A stretch of 63,265 bases of DNA, counting the filler, from Chiloscyllium plagiosum (Eukaryota), in assembly GCF_004010195.1 (NCBI RefSeq). It is 4 parts of one record of this genome, joined end to end, with 100 filler letters (N's around TTAATTAATTAA, not from the genome) between each part and the next. Parts side by side here need not be neighbours in the genome. Positions count along the whole stretch, not along the records: positions 1 to 29,767 come from NC_057716.1; 3 more parts are not named here. One strand, written 5' to 3'. Within the stretch, counting starts at the first letter, position 1. Each line of letters opens with the position of its first letter. The position numbers and the translations under genes were made by a program. Shown here in pieces: positions 1 through 12,231 of the stretch. Under the pieces are notes generated by a model, which was not told the origin of the DNA, searched no databases, and worked only from the letters and a program-made list of their open reading frames with translations.

Positions 1-628
1 TCTTTAATCCTATCATGCTAGCCTCCAAGTAAAGGAATCCTCAACAAATTCCGCAGGCCGCTCACCTTCCTTACCCTCAGGCTGACCCATGATCCAAATG
101 TTTATTCTCCTGCCCCTGTTCTCAAGATCATTCACTTGGTCACACAAATTATGGACCTGCATCTCCAGGGCTTGGATCCTATCCTCAGATGAAATGGCAT
201 CAGCTTCCACCACTGTGACCCTGTGCTCCACCTCATTCGTCCTCGTCTCCAGGTCTCTCAGTTGCTGCTCATGCTTCTGCAGCATGAGAGAAATTGAAGC
301 CAGCTTCTCTTCAATCTGTTTCCCCAGCATCTCGCGAGATTTCACGAGCTTGTTCACCAGGGCCTGGAAAATATTTGACTCCGAGGATCCTGCAGGCTGA
401 GCTGCAGACCCGGTCTTGGATGCTCTTCCTCCCTTTTTCGGCATCTCTGGATGGCAGGAAACACAGGTAAGTTAAATTTTAGAAGTTTCTTGGGACTCCA
501 CGATCTTTCTGAAGTCCCAAGGTATCGTGATGGCCTGGGTTGGGTGCATAAAAGATTCATCCCGCTTGTGTTGTGATGCGGAGCTCTACAGTGCAATCTT
601 CTTAGATTGCTGTCATCTTGGATCCCCC
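1..628 (-). mobile_element. 5' end of an L1/Tx1-clade LINE (5' UTR plus N-terminal ORF1); continues beyond the window start
   Basis: ORF 13..444(-) has a coiled coil followed by LENRGRRINIWIMGQPEGKEGE, the L1 ORF1p 'LENRsRRnNirI.GlPE' junction. The element starts GGGGGATCCAAGATGACAGC at 628, matching the start of the second L1 at 46927. Confidence 0.85.
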
Positions 629-1155
629 AAATTTTTCTTATTTTAAAGGCAAGTGCCAGGTACTTCATTCCAGGTGCAATTCAATTGGTCAAACTACCAG
701 ATTTGAAGCAAAACATACTTTATTCATACACTATAGTTAAAAGAAATAAGAATTTAGAGTAACTTAACTCGATTGGAATACTTAACAGAATAATCGATTA
801 TTTTACTTCTAAACAGTAACTGTTCCAATATAGTGACATCTCAGAAACACACCCTTGGCAAAAACTAAGTTCAGAAAAATAGATTGTCTCACAGGCAATT
901 CTCTAGTTAAGGAGGAAAAACAAACAAGAGAAAAGTCAGAGAGAGAGAGTAGGAAGGAGAAATGTACTGTAACTTCCAAACCCAGTTTCAAGACCCACCA
1001 ACAAATGCTACTGAAAACCAGCACCAAAAATCCTGGTTCTGTGGGAGCTTACCCCAGCAATTCAGGCTACTTCTATTGTTCCAACTTCCAAAAAAAAGGC
1101 CTTACAGGCTGTTTTGTTGATTTTGGACTGGACTCTTAAAACCGTAGTACCATCA
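629..1155 (-). mobile_element. Partial LTR, same family as the solo LTR at 13285-13931, cut by the L1 insertion
   Basis: Collinear similarity with 13340-13900 (ttggtcaaacta, aagcaaaacatactttattc, aaacacaccc.ttggcaaa, cctggtt.tgtg.gagc). Right boundary approximate. Confidence 0.65.
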
Positions 1156-1984
1156 TGTACCATTTAATAGCAGCTTTCAAGGTTTCTGTCTGTGCTGCTG
1201 CATTTAAATCTCAGAACACAGTGCACTGACTGCTGCAAAAAGGGTCTTGATGTGACTTCTTCTGACTGTCCTGCACTACAGAGGAACTATATTGATTCAG
1301 GTATGCTCCACATTTCTGACACAACTGTGATCAGAATTATCAGGAATACCCAGGTCTTTCTAGTCTAATGTATTATTTCTGCAAATCACCAACTTCACTG
1401 TCCAAAATTATTGAATTTTGTGCATTCAATATCATATTGTGACATCCATAGATACTATGGTGACAGTTTTGTAACATTTAGAAGTCATGGTTTAAATATA
1501 CAAATGTCTTTTTTTAACAACAGAATTTTAAAATTATGTTTCCAAGAATTTTGCTTAATAAAGTTTTCTCTAAACCAAGAGAAAATAAGTAATTTGAATC
1601 TTCACTGAATCATCAATACATTGTCTTCTGTGATAATCCACCAATGTCCTGCAACACCCCTTACTGCTGCTGCTTCTTGCACTCAACACCTATACTTTTC
1701 AACCTCTGGCTCTTCCCTTTTCAGCCTTATTGTCTGCCAAGACAATCTTTTCACTTTTCATTTCTGTCTCACCGAGCCCCCCCTGTCTTATTCCTCTTCT
1801 TCATCCATTACTCACCAAGTGTTCATACTTTCCACTTTATTTTGTTCTTTTGAATATTTACCTCTTGTATTTATTCCACCTGACTCCTTTCACTCACTCG
1901 TACAATCTCTGCCTGGAACAATTATTTGTTCTCCTTCTATGCTCCCTTACAGCTTCCTACTGCTATCAACATGAATATCAAATT

Positions 1985-2970
1985 TCTTCACTTCAACATA
2001 TATTTGCAGGTCATGCCTCACAAACCTTATTGAATTTTGTGAGGTTGTGACAAAACACATTGATGAAGGTAGAGCAGTGGATGTGGCGTACATGGATTTC
2101 AGCAAGGCGTTTGATAAGGTTCCCCATGGTAGACTCATTCAGAAAATAAGGAAGCTTGGGATGCAGGGGAATCTGGCTATCTGGATACAGAATTGGCTGG
2201 TCCATCAAAGACAGAGGTTGGTAGTAGATGGAAAGTATTCAGCCTAGAGTTTGCTGACCAGTGGTGTTCCGCAGGGATCTATTCTGGGAGTTCTGCTCTT
2301 TGTGATTTTTATACATGACTTGGATGAGGAACTGGAAGGGTGGGTTAGTACATTAGCCATTGACATGAAGGTTGGTGGAATTGTGGATAGTGTGCAGGCC
2401 TGTTGTAGTTTGCAATGAGACATTTTCAGAATGCAGAGCTGGGTTGAAGAATGGCACATGAAGTTCAACCTGGAAAAGTGTGAAATCATTCATTTTGGAA
2501 GGTCGAATTTGAATGCAGTATACAGGGTTAAAGGCAGGATTTTTGGCAGTGTGAAAGAACAGAGGGATCTTGAGGTCCACGTCCATAGATCCCTCAAAGT
2601 TGCCACCCAAGTTGATAGAGTTGTTCAGAAGGCATATGGTGTGTTGGCTTTCATTAGCAGGAGGATTGAGTTTAAGAACCATGAGATTATTCTGCAGCTC
2701 TATAGAGTCCTGGTTAGATCACACTTAGAATATTGTGTTCACTTGAGGGGAGATGTCAGAAGTAGTTTCTTTACATAGAGAGTGGTGGGAGCATGGAATG
2801 CACTTCCAGCAATTATAGTGGAGTCATATACATTAGGGATATTTAAGCGACTCTTGGATAGGCACAAGGGTGATAGTAATATGAAGGGTATGTAGGTTAA
2901 TGGGATCTTAGAGTAAAGTAAAAGGTAGAGGAAGGGCCTGTACTGTACTGTACTGTTCTTTGTTCTATGT
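1985..2970 (+). mobile_element. CR1 LINE, 5'-truncated RT region with internal deletion and 3' tail
   Basis: VDVAYMDFSKAFDKVPH, GVPQGS, W.MKFNLEKC and LYRVLVRSHLEYC motifs with stops and frameshifts; jumps to the FFT.RVV.AWN region at about 2745. Confidence 0.92.
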
Positions 2971-3139
2971 AGTATGAGAGCACTTTTCTGAGGAAAGGAT
3001 GAATGAGAAATTCCTTACCCAGAGTAGGGTAAGGAAGGGAATAGATCTACAATGGGAGAGAAAGAAAGCAATTCACTGGCAGGAGAGGATGAGAAAGAAA
3101 ATTTATGAGACCACTGAGATTCAAAGAGATGTGATGGTC

Positions 3140-3462
3140 TCATGATATTATTGCTGGGCTGTTAATCCAGAGACCCATGTAATGTTTGAATCCCACTACA
3201 GCAGATGATGGAATTTGTATTCAATAAAAATCTGGAAATTAGAGTGTAATGACAACCACAAATCCATTGTTGGAAAATCCCATGTGGTCCACTAATGTCC
3301 TTTAGGGAAGGAAACTGCCATCCTTACCTGGTCTGGCCTACATGTGACTCCAGATCCATAGTGAAGTGGTTGTCTCTTAACTGATCTTGAAGCAATTAAG
3401 GATGGGCAATAAGTGCTGACCTGGACAGTGATTCTCTCATCCTGTGAATGAATAAAAAAAAG
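3140..3462 (+). mobile_element. Deu-domain SINE (SacSINE1/AmnSINE-like)
   Basis: Core gtcctttagggaaggaaactgccatccttacctggtctggcctacatgtgactccag and a tail ending gaatgaataaaaaaa. A second copy lies at 30765-31311. Confidence 0.7.
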
Positions 3463-4494
3463 GCACTTTGGCTGCTTCCAGGAGACCATACACCCAATTG
3501 TATTATCTATTACTGGTGGTCACAGAGCAGTTGAATGGAGTGGAACTCTTTAATTCTGTTAATAAAGGCTACTGGCTGGCTTGTGGATTTTTTACGTGTG
3601 TCACATCTTGCACCTGGGGTAGTCAGTGCTAGCCAAAATCCTCTGTCTGTCTCAACTGCCTGGATTAGTGGAATAACAGTTGCATTGCTTGGCCACCTGA
3701 GGAAGGCATCAGTCACCAGTTTGATGCAAATGTATGCTGCTGACTGGGAGATCAGTCTACAGTGGCTTTCTGGAATGCAGCATGAGGATTAATGACCATG
3801 GTAATCTTCACCAGTGTTGGCAGCAGGTGTCTGCCAGTATCTATGGGACTCAGCCAGTCTGGTACAAAGGTCTGTAATGTGAAAGACACATTCTTTTGTG
3901 ACACACCCCCACACTGATATCTGGAGACAGCTCACCTTCTGTCTACGTATTTTTCCTATGGAGTCGCTACTTGATCTATTGTGGACTCTGTTCACTGTTC
4001 CGTTCGTAGCCTTCTGCAACTTCCCCAAGCCAAGGCTGCCCTTGCAAGTCACCACAATGTTGCTGCTGTCTTGCAGCTTTGCCTGTAATTCTCTTTTAAA
4101 CTACTCCTTGCTAATGGATCTACCTCCTGAGTGAATGATGCATATAGTATTGGGCACTGCCTGTCTCAAGGTTCACGTAAACCTCCTTAAACGTCACCTC
4201 AGGCCTTATCGGTGTACCAACATGACCATAGCCAATTGCCACTAACGAAACTTGACTATAAGCCTTGGCACGTGAACATCCCTTTCTTGATGCAGTAGGA
4301 TCTGGCCAGCTTGTCCAAGCCTTACTGGGAGGGCACATCGCCTCAGCTGAAACTACCTGATGCAGCAGCAGTTTGCGCTTTCAGACCCTGAGGTCCATTG
4401 TGCATATTGTGCATAACTGGAATAGCCAATAGTTGACAATTGTCATTTTTTTCCCCTGAAGTACCCTAAATACAAAAGCCCATTCGGTTTTCTT

Positions 4495-5742
4495 TATTCA
4501 GTCAGGGGATGGGCCAGTGTTTATTACCCATTCCCAATTATTCTCGTGAAGGCAGTGGTGACCTTCCTTCTTGAACATCTGCAGACCATTGTGTGTAGAT
4601 AAATGCATTCTGTCATTAAGGAAGGTGTTCCAGGATTTTGACCGAGTGACTGTGAAGGAATGGGAAAATATAAAACAGTGAGTTGCTTGCAGAGGAACTT
4701 GCAGATAGTGGTGTTCCCACATATCTGCTTACCTTGTCTTTCTTTTTGTCATTTACATAAATGATTTGGATGCGAGCATAAGAGGTACAGTTTGTAAGTT
4801 TGCAGATGACATCAAAATTAGAGGTGTAGTGGACGGCGAAGAGGGTTACCTCAGATTACAACAGGATCTAGATCAGATGGGCCAATGGACTGAGAAGTAG
4901 CAGATGGAGTTTAATTCAGATAAATGTGAGGTGCTGCATTTTGGGAAAGCAAATCTTAGCAGGACTTATACACTTAATGGTAAGGTCCTAGGGAGTGTTG
5001 CTGAACAAANNNNNNNNNNNNNNNNNNNNNNNNNNNNNNNNNNNNNNNNNNNNNNNNNNNNNNNNNNNNNNNNNNNNNNNNNNNNNNNNNNNNNNNNNNN
5101 NNNNNNNNNNNNNNNNNNNNNNNNNNNNNNNNNNNNNNNNNNNNNNNNNNNNNNNNNNNNNNNNNNNNNNNNNNNNNNNNNNNNNNNNNNNNNNNNNNNN
5201 NNNNNNNNNNNNNNNNNNNNNNNNNNNNNNNNNNNNNNNNNNNNNNNNNNNNNNNNNNNNNNNNNNNNNNNNNNNNNNNNNNNNNNNNNNNNNNNNNNNN
5301 NNNNNNNNNNNNNNNNNNNNNNNNNNNNNNNNNNNNNNNNNNNNNNNNNNNNNNNNNNNNNNNNNNNNNNNNNNNNNNNNNNNNNNNNNNNNNNNNNNNN
5401 NNNTTGGATGGGTATATGAATAGGAAGGGTTTGGAGGGATATGGGCCAGGTGCTGGCAGGTGGGACTAGATTGGGTTTGGATATCTGGTCGGATGGACGG
5501 GTTGGACCAAAGGGTCTGTTTCCATGCTGTACATCTCTATGACTCTATGGCTCTATAGGTTTGGAGGGCACTGTCTAAGAAACTTTAATGAATTTCTGCA
5601 GTGTGCCTTGCAGATGGTACATACTGCTGCCACCAAGTGTTGGTGCTGGAAGGAATGAATTGTGAATATGGTGCTAATAAAGTGGGTTGCTTTGTTCTGG
5701 ACGGCGTCAAGCTTCTTGAGTGTTGTTGGAACTGAACACACA
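4495..5742 (-). mobile_element. 3' portion of a CR1/L2-type LINE (same family as 45655-46925), split by a CR1 insertion
   Basis: 4495-4745 and 5556-5742 are each collinear with 45655-46090. ORF 5553..5741 carries TLKKLDAVQNKA...HQHLVAAVCTICK. Confidence 0.7.
4745..5555 (+). mobile_element. CR1 (HER1-like) LINE 3' fragment spanning an assembly gap (N 5010-5403)
   Basis: KFADDIKI, MEFNSDKCEVLHFG; 3' tail gggtctgtttccatgctgtacatctctatgactctatg. Confidence 0.9.
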
Positions 5743-6929
5743 ACTGTTTGTGAGCCTAAAGTGTTTCATTTGTGACAATTCCAGTTGGAATAATTTAGTA
5801 CAGATATAATGTGGTCCACTTGACCACTTTGTCCCAATATTACCATGCCATTAAAAATCCCCCAATGTACACATACAATTACTGTTCCCACTTGATGTGT
5901 TATCTTCTGCTCGTAAAATCAGTACATGGTGTTGTGAAGTTACCCTACTTGATTTCTCTCCAACCCCAATTCTAAGGTCATCCACAAAGGGACTCTGACC
6001 ATTTTTGAGCCACTTATGAACAGTTACAAATGGCAATAAAAGAATCATTTTGGTCAAGCAATAAATAAAGATTAAAAGAAGCAAAGCAAAAGGTGCAGAA
6101 ATAGTTGCCAAATATTGTTACTAATGCTATTTTTGATCACTGAAAATTTGTTTGCATAATTAACAGTCTTTCTGAGATAGTGATATTGTCATCACTTAGT
6201 TTCACAGACTTGATATGAATGTTGAACTTATTGCTATAAAGCATATATCTTTGATATATGTAAGGTAACATTTGATGTGGACATAAGAAATATCAGGGCA
6301 GGGTGGGAAAAGGAATCTTGCATGGAACAGGTGCAAGAGGAATACAAGCATCACTCTGACAATGCGAGGCAACTGATCGGATTCTAAGCTGTGAAGTAAC
6401 TTGAACTCAAGTCATCTGATTGCAGATTATTACTGTATATTAGTGCTTAGTCTCAACCAACAATTTGTTGATATTCACGAGTCTTCTGTGGTTTCTACAA
6501 TTGCATTTGATATCTTTTGGCACATCACATAAGCCCCAAAATGGTGAAAGATTTTTAAAATGGCACCTCAGAGACTGCTATCTCTTTATTGAAAGCTTAA
6601 AAATATCCTCTTTAAATGCTCCATTTATTACCTCTACAAAACATTGAGCAACATTCAGAGGATTTTTCCAGAGCCAGGTTGAGAATCATAAGACGTTTTT
6701 TTTTCCCATAGCAACTCTGTCAGATTGAATTAAGCCTGTTTCTGAGCCTGAAGAGTTTCAGATGTGACAACTCCAGTTGGAAAAACTTACTTTGTCCCAA
6801 CATTACCATGATTATCAATTGATGAATATGTTTTCTGCAAATAAATTACTCTTCCCCGTATGACTCTAATCTCTGTGAATAATAAATCGCAACACGAGTG
6901 CGAATTCTATTTTGTTACAACAAAGTTCA

Positions 6930-7555
6930 AATGAATATGATCCAGTCTTGTGACTGACATTGGAATTCCTGATCTGGTGCAACCTCCCCCACAGATCCAG
7001 GAAGATCAGACTTTACCTGGTAGAGAATCTTCCACTCATGAGCAACTCTGGCGATTCTATCCCTGTAGTTGCATGAGGTGTAGTCCTATAGTCAGTAATG
7101 GTAATAGTAATTTAGTAATTTATTGTTACATGCGTTAATGAAAATACAGTAAAATGTGTCAAAATCACCATAAGCTGGCAACATTTCGAATAATCATAAC
7201 AGCTTGGTATCCAGCAAGGCTATAGGCTGTTCTTTCAAGCCAGCCTTCTGCTCTTTCTGCCAAGCCATTAGATGATGGGTAGTATGAGTTCTCCTTATAT
7301 AAAAATCCCATAGTAAATGATAGCCCACTATCTGTGACTTCCAGAACTCTGTGTGTTTGACAAATGGACCCTATGCATGTCCAATCACTTTGAGTGAATG
7401 TCTGCAATGACTAAGAACATTGACTCCATGAAAGGACCTTCTTGGTTGACACGCAATGAATCCAAAGTTTACACAGCCATTCTCACAGATATATGGGAAC
7501 TGCTTATTTTCTTTCCTTGTTGACAATCTGGACAATATCCCACCATTGCTCCCCT
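6930..7555 (-). mobile_element. Degenerate Gypsy-type integrase fragment
   Basis: Minus-strand translation gives LRVNQEGPFMESMFLVIADIHSK*LD (cf. hvDyAGPf...LviVDahSKW) and YYPSSNGLAERA. Confidence 0.75.
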
Positions 7556-7559
7556 TCAT

Positions 7560-8125
7560 CCGTAGAGGTATAGAATGCAAAAGTAGGAATATAATGATGA
7601 AACTGTATAAGACTTGTGAGGCCACAACTGAAATGTTGTGTGCAGTTCTGGTCACCAAATTAAAGGAAGGATATAATTGCTCTGGAGGGAGTGCAGAGAA
7701 GGTGTATTAGAATATTGCCAGAACTGGAGAATTAGAGCTACAAAGAGGGATTGGATAGTTTGGGGTTGTTTTCTTTGAAATAGAGAAAGCTGAGGGATAA
7801 CATGAATGTGAGGGATAGATAGAGTAGACAGTAGGAACCTGTTTTTTTTTGGCAGAAAGTTCAAAAACTAGGGGCTGTAGATTCAAGCTGAGAGGCAGAA
7901 GGATTAGAGGGGATGTGAGGAAAAACATTCCTGTGCAGAGGCTGGTGGATATATGGAATTCACTGCCTGAGACAGAAACCCTAAACACTTTTTAAAAGTA
8001 TCTGGATCTTATGTGCTGTAAGCTGCAGGACTTTGGACCATTGCAGGAAGATGGGATTAGAAAGGACATCAGGATATCAATATAAACCAAATGGGCCCTT
8101 TCCATGCCCTTTCTACAGTTCTGTA
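7560..8125 (+). mobile_element. Degenerate CR1 LINE 3' fragment
   Basis: RGIECKSRNIMMKLYKT, CVQFWSP, RLV.IWNSLP and a CR1-like tail. Confidence 0.8.
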
Positions 8126-9238
8126 GTTTTATTTATGAAGTTCTACTGAACTCAGTACCCATTATTTTCACCAGGATGGGAGGAGGAATTGGGAACATAA
8201 TATCTTTCACACCCGTGCCTTTAAACAGTTCCAGCTTTTGTTCATGGGATGTCCAGAATTATGATCTGAATACTTTACACATTTCAGGAGAAGGTATTAT
8301 GCTGACAGAGTTATTTGGAGAGATAAGGTAACAATTTAGATAGAATCAGACATACCTTTCAGAGAGGCAAGGTGCCCTTTGCAATTGTATTTTTTAAAAG
8401 AGGACATGAGTGTGCATAAAAATGGGTAACTTCATTGGAATAGTGAAGTTCATCAGAACTGTCACGATATTAAGACAATTGTCAAACTGTCAAGGTATTT
8501 ATATCTCCTGACCTTTAAATGTTGGAGGGATTTGGGAGATCAGACAATAGTGCTAAAAATATCAATGCTTTCTACTTCCTTCTATTATCATAAATCTAAG
8601 GACTAACACTGTAGGCTTTATGTTTCTTGATTGATTTCTTAACACAGTGTCGTGCCTGTCCTTTCATAGCTTGATTGGCAACTGCAAATACTTGTACAGT
8701 CTTTCAAAACAGGTTATGAATACAAATGAATAAAGGATAAAGTAGTTGAAGGAAGTTAAGTGTAGTCAATGGGTTTTTAATCAATGGGTATTTTTTAATA
8801 AAGTAAATTCACTAATAAACAGGAAAGAACTTTGTATTTCATCTCAGCATGAATCCAATGGTCTACCAATGGTGGATACTGGGCGAGTTGACAAAGAGTG
8901 CGTATGGGCAAGGTTTATGGGGTCAGTATGAGTTGGCATTAAATTAGTATAAGGACAAAAGTATCTCTAGGGTCTGTATGGGGGTATTAATTAATATATG
9001 TATATGAGGGACCATAGGAGGTGGGTAGAGAGACATGGCTTACAATATTGGCTATAAAGGGTCATGTGAGTGGTAAATGCATGCATGAGTTTGAAGGAAT
9101 TGGGCATGGGGAGTGTTTTGAGGGTTGAAGGTTGAAGGGCTTTTAGTTTTAAGGTAAAATCACAATAAGATAAATTGTTGGGAGACATCCTAAAACTTAT
9201 GTCAAACGAGCTTTGAGGTGGCCAAGGAGTTCTCTTTG

Positions 9239-9709
9239 TGTTTTAAAAAATTCTCAAGGTCAGGTTCGTAGGAGAGTAGTCTGACACAAAACAAACGACC
9301 AAGAGGCGAGTCTGCTAGATTATGAGCATTTTATTCCCCGCAGCGTCGCCACAACCAGGTCTCATACTTACAACGGGTCTGGCTTATACTCACTCTACAT
9401 GTTACCGGAACTGGGAGCCGTCAGTTCTCGTAGAGCGGCTGCCAACAACCCACGCTCGGCGGTTAAACGTAACCCCGGAGCAGACTCACCGAACTGGAGA
9501 CTTTTCCAGCTGATATACTCTTTTCCAGATATAAACATTCATGTGAACAGCAGAGCAAGGCTAAAAAACACATTCCATTCTGGTTACATACAGATAAGAA
9601 GATTCACACGGGGAGGTGTGTAATAAGATTCACACGGGACTAAGCAACACCTCCATTCCGGTTAGATTCACACATGTATTGGGACATAATTTTTAACCGT
9701 TTCACCACA
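9239..9709 (-). mobile_element. Solo LTR (471 bp) with perfect 5-bp TSD
   Basis: TG...CA termini; CTTTG at 9234-9238 and 9710-9714; minus-strand AATAAA at 9330-9335; repeated AGATTCACAC motifs; CpG-rich relative to flanks. Confidence 0.85.
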
Positions 9710-10419
9710 CTTTGCACCCTGGGTTTGCTGATAAATATGTTTTCTGTCAAGCACACCAAATGAAAAATGCTCTAAATATGTGAATAATGTCTTTGCTTTT
9801 CAATTTGTTCGCATTTAAAAGGGTTTGACTCTGTGTAATAAATAGCATTGAAAAACGTGGTGAGTTGGCTCAGTAATATTTCTTAGCTTAATGAGCTGTC
9901 TTCTGAAAAATGTAATCCAGTCCACAATATTACTAATTCAGTCAAACATGTTTTCATTCTGCAGTGCAAAATACAGCCTTTGTGCTTCAGTTAGGGAAAC
10001 AGGAGATTAAGCCAAGCATTCATCAAACTCCTCAGCATTATTAGCCTACTTGGGCCTCCCTATTAAACAATATACTACATCTACAATTCCCTCATCAATC
10101 AGTTTCATGTACAGTATGTGGGGTATCATCTACCATGGCATAACTTTCCTTGATTGTTCTGTTGGAATTTCCCTGCTGGTCTCCAACAAGTGCGTGAAAA
10201 CAGCTTCAGTATGAACCATTGCTCACACTGAGCCTCCTTGTTCTTAGCAACTTATGTACTGTGGCCCGTTTGAACTCAGTGTGGCAGAAGCAATTGACAA
10301 TTTTGGCTCCTGTCACACATTCCAGGCCTCCTTCACCATGAATATATCTTTGAGAATACTTGGGCTGTACCTTTATTTCTTAGCAATGGCCTTGTAATTA
10401 GAGAGATAACTGCCTTTGC

Positions 10420-11340
10420 TGAAAAGGAGTAATTCAAGAGAAGAGATAATAAGAATGTAGTGCTGTTAGGATACAGCATAGTGAGATGGATTGACACTAT
10501 TTTCTGCAGGGAAGAGTGAATCCAGATGGCAATGTTGCCTGCCCAGTGCCAGGGTTTGGGATATCTGCTCAAGTCTGGAGAGGATTTATAAGGATGTGCT
10601 GAAAATGTGTCGCTGGAAAAGCACAGCAGGTCAGGCAGCATCCAAGGAGCAGGAGAATCGACGTTTCGGGCATGAGCCCTTCTTTCTGATCTCCAGCATC
10701 TGCAGTCCTCACTTTCTCCTTTATAAGGATGTGGCCAGGGTTGGAGGGTTTGAACTAGGAGAGGCTGAATAGGCTAGGGGTATTTTCCCTGGAGCGTCAG
10801 AGGATGAGGAGTGACATAATAGAGGTTTTTAAAAACATGAGGAGCATGGACACAGTGAATAGCCAACGTCTTTTCCTCAGGATAGAGGAATCCAAAACTA
10901 GTGGGCATAGATTTAAGGTGAGATTGGAACAATATAAAAGGAACCTAAATAGTAACTTTTTCACACAGAGGCTGATATAATTACAATATTTAAAAGCCAT
11001 CTGGATGGGTACTTGAATAGAGGAATAAAATCCACATGCTAGAAAATGAGACTACATTAATTTAAGATGTCTGGTTGGGTTAGACGAGTTGGATTGAAGG
11101 GTCTGTATTCTTGATATACATCTCTATGACTAATGTTCAGTGGAATGAAGGATATTAAGTTACCGTGGTCCTTGTAGGTACCAACAACTAAAGTAGGACA
11201 AAGATAGATGTTCCACAGAATTAATATCAGAAACTAGGAACCATACTAAGAAACAGAACCTCAAAGGTCATAATTTTTGCATTATTACTTGAGCCATATG
11301 CAAGTTAGCATAGAGCAAATCAGATTAGAAAGATGATTAC
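10420..11340 (+). mobile_element. Degenerate CR1 ORF1 (SGNH esterase-like) fragment interrupted by a CR1 3' fragment (about 10585-11132)
   Basis: VVLLGYSIVR (GDS motif) ... CCLPSARVWDI before the insert and V.VGTNN after it. The insert ends in the CR1 tail catctctatgact. Confidence 0.65.
10599..10719. mobile_element. 121-bp PLE-derived mini-element with a partial minus-strand hammerhead; 14-bp TSD
   Basis: TTTATAAGGATGTG at 10585-10598 and 10720-10733; internal gacgtttcgggcatgagcccttc. Confidence 0.8.
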
Positions 11341-11750
11341 ATGCTTTGGAGTGTATTAACTAGAAGGAGAGTTTGGACAAACTTGGATTGTTTCTGCTAG
11401 AATGTCAAAGGCTGAGGAACGACCTGATAGAAGTCTACAAAATTATGTGAGGCATGTGTAGGATGGATAAGAGAAGTCATTTTCCCAGGGTATAAATGTC
11501 AAATCACAGGTGCATAATTTTAATGTTAGAAGGGCAAATTTTAAAAGAGTCAAGGTTATTACACAGAGGGCGGTAGGCGCCTGGAACACACTTCCAAGGT
11601 GGGGGAAGAAGTAGATAGCAACATTTTAGAGGCATGTAGACAGATTCACAAACAGGCAGGGAATAGGGGGATATTAACTGTGTGCCGGCAGATGGGATTG
11701 ATTTAGAATGGCATTATGGTTGGCACGGAAATGGTGGGCTGAAGGGCATC
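11340..11750 (+). mobile_element. Degenerate CR1 3' fragment
   Basis: LR.DLIEVYKIM and RAVGAWN motifs; tail ggtgggctgaagggc. Confidence 0.75.
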
Positions 11751-11751
11751 T

Positions 11752-12000
11752 TAGAGTCATAGAATCTAAGTCATAGATGTACAGCATGGAAACAGACTCT
11801 TCAGTCCAACTTGTCCATGCCGATCAGATATCCTAAATTATTCTAGTCCCACTTGCCACATTGGCCCATATCCCTCTAAACTCTCTTATTCATATAGCCA
11901 TTCAGATGCCTTTTAAAAGCTGTCAATGTACCAACCACCACTACTTCCTCTGACAACTCATTCCATACATGTACCACCCTCTGTGTAAAAAGCTGCCCCT
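11752..12000 (-). mobile_element. CR1 3' end
   Basis: Reverse complement of the CR1 tail (agtcatagatgtacagcatggaaacagac). Confidence 0.85.
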
Positions 12001-12231
12001 TTTTCTACCTCCATCCTCTACATTTTTGACTCCAAGATTATTGACGATTTCTGATTTTTCTGTCACATAATCTAAAGCACAATGACTGACATCTATAGTT
12101 CTGTACTACTTCCTGTGTTCTATGCAGTGGTGAACTGCCTTCTTGACACACTGCAGCCATTGGGGTATAGGAACACCCATATATTGTAAGAGATTGAGTT
12201 GCAGATTTTACTCCAGCGGAGTAAAGAAAGT

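Noticed and set aside
1160..1640. Possible integrase zinc-finger relic on the minus strand (QKCGAY)
   Set aside because: Too degenerate to support without a profile search.
4904..5423. Long ORFs here and at 22291-22947 and 47098-47583
   Set aside because: Their length comes from reading through N gaps.
9570..9680. Short spaced repeats resembling a CRISPR array
   Set aside because: Only 2-3 irregular 10-15 bp repeats inside an LTR in vertebrate DNA, with no cas genes.
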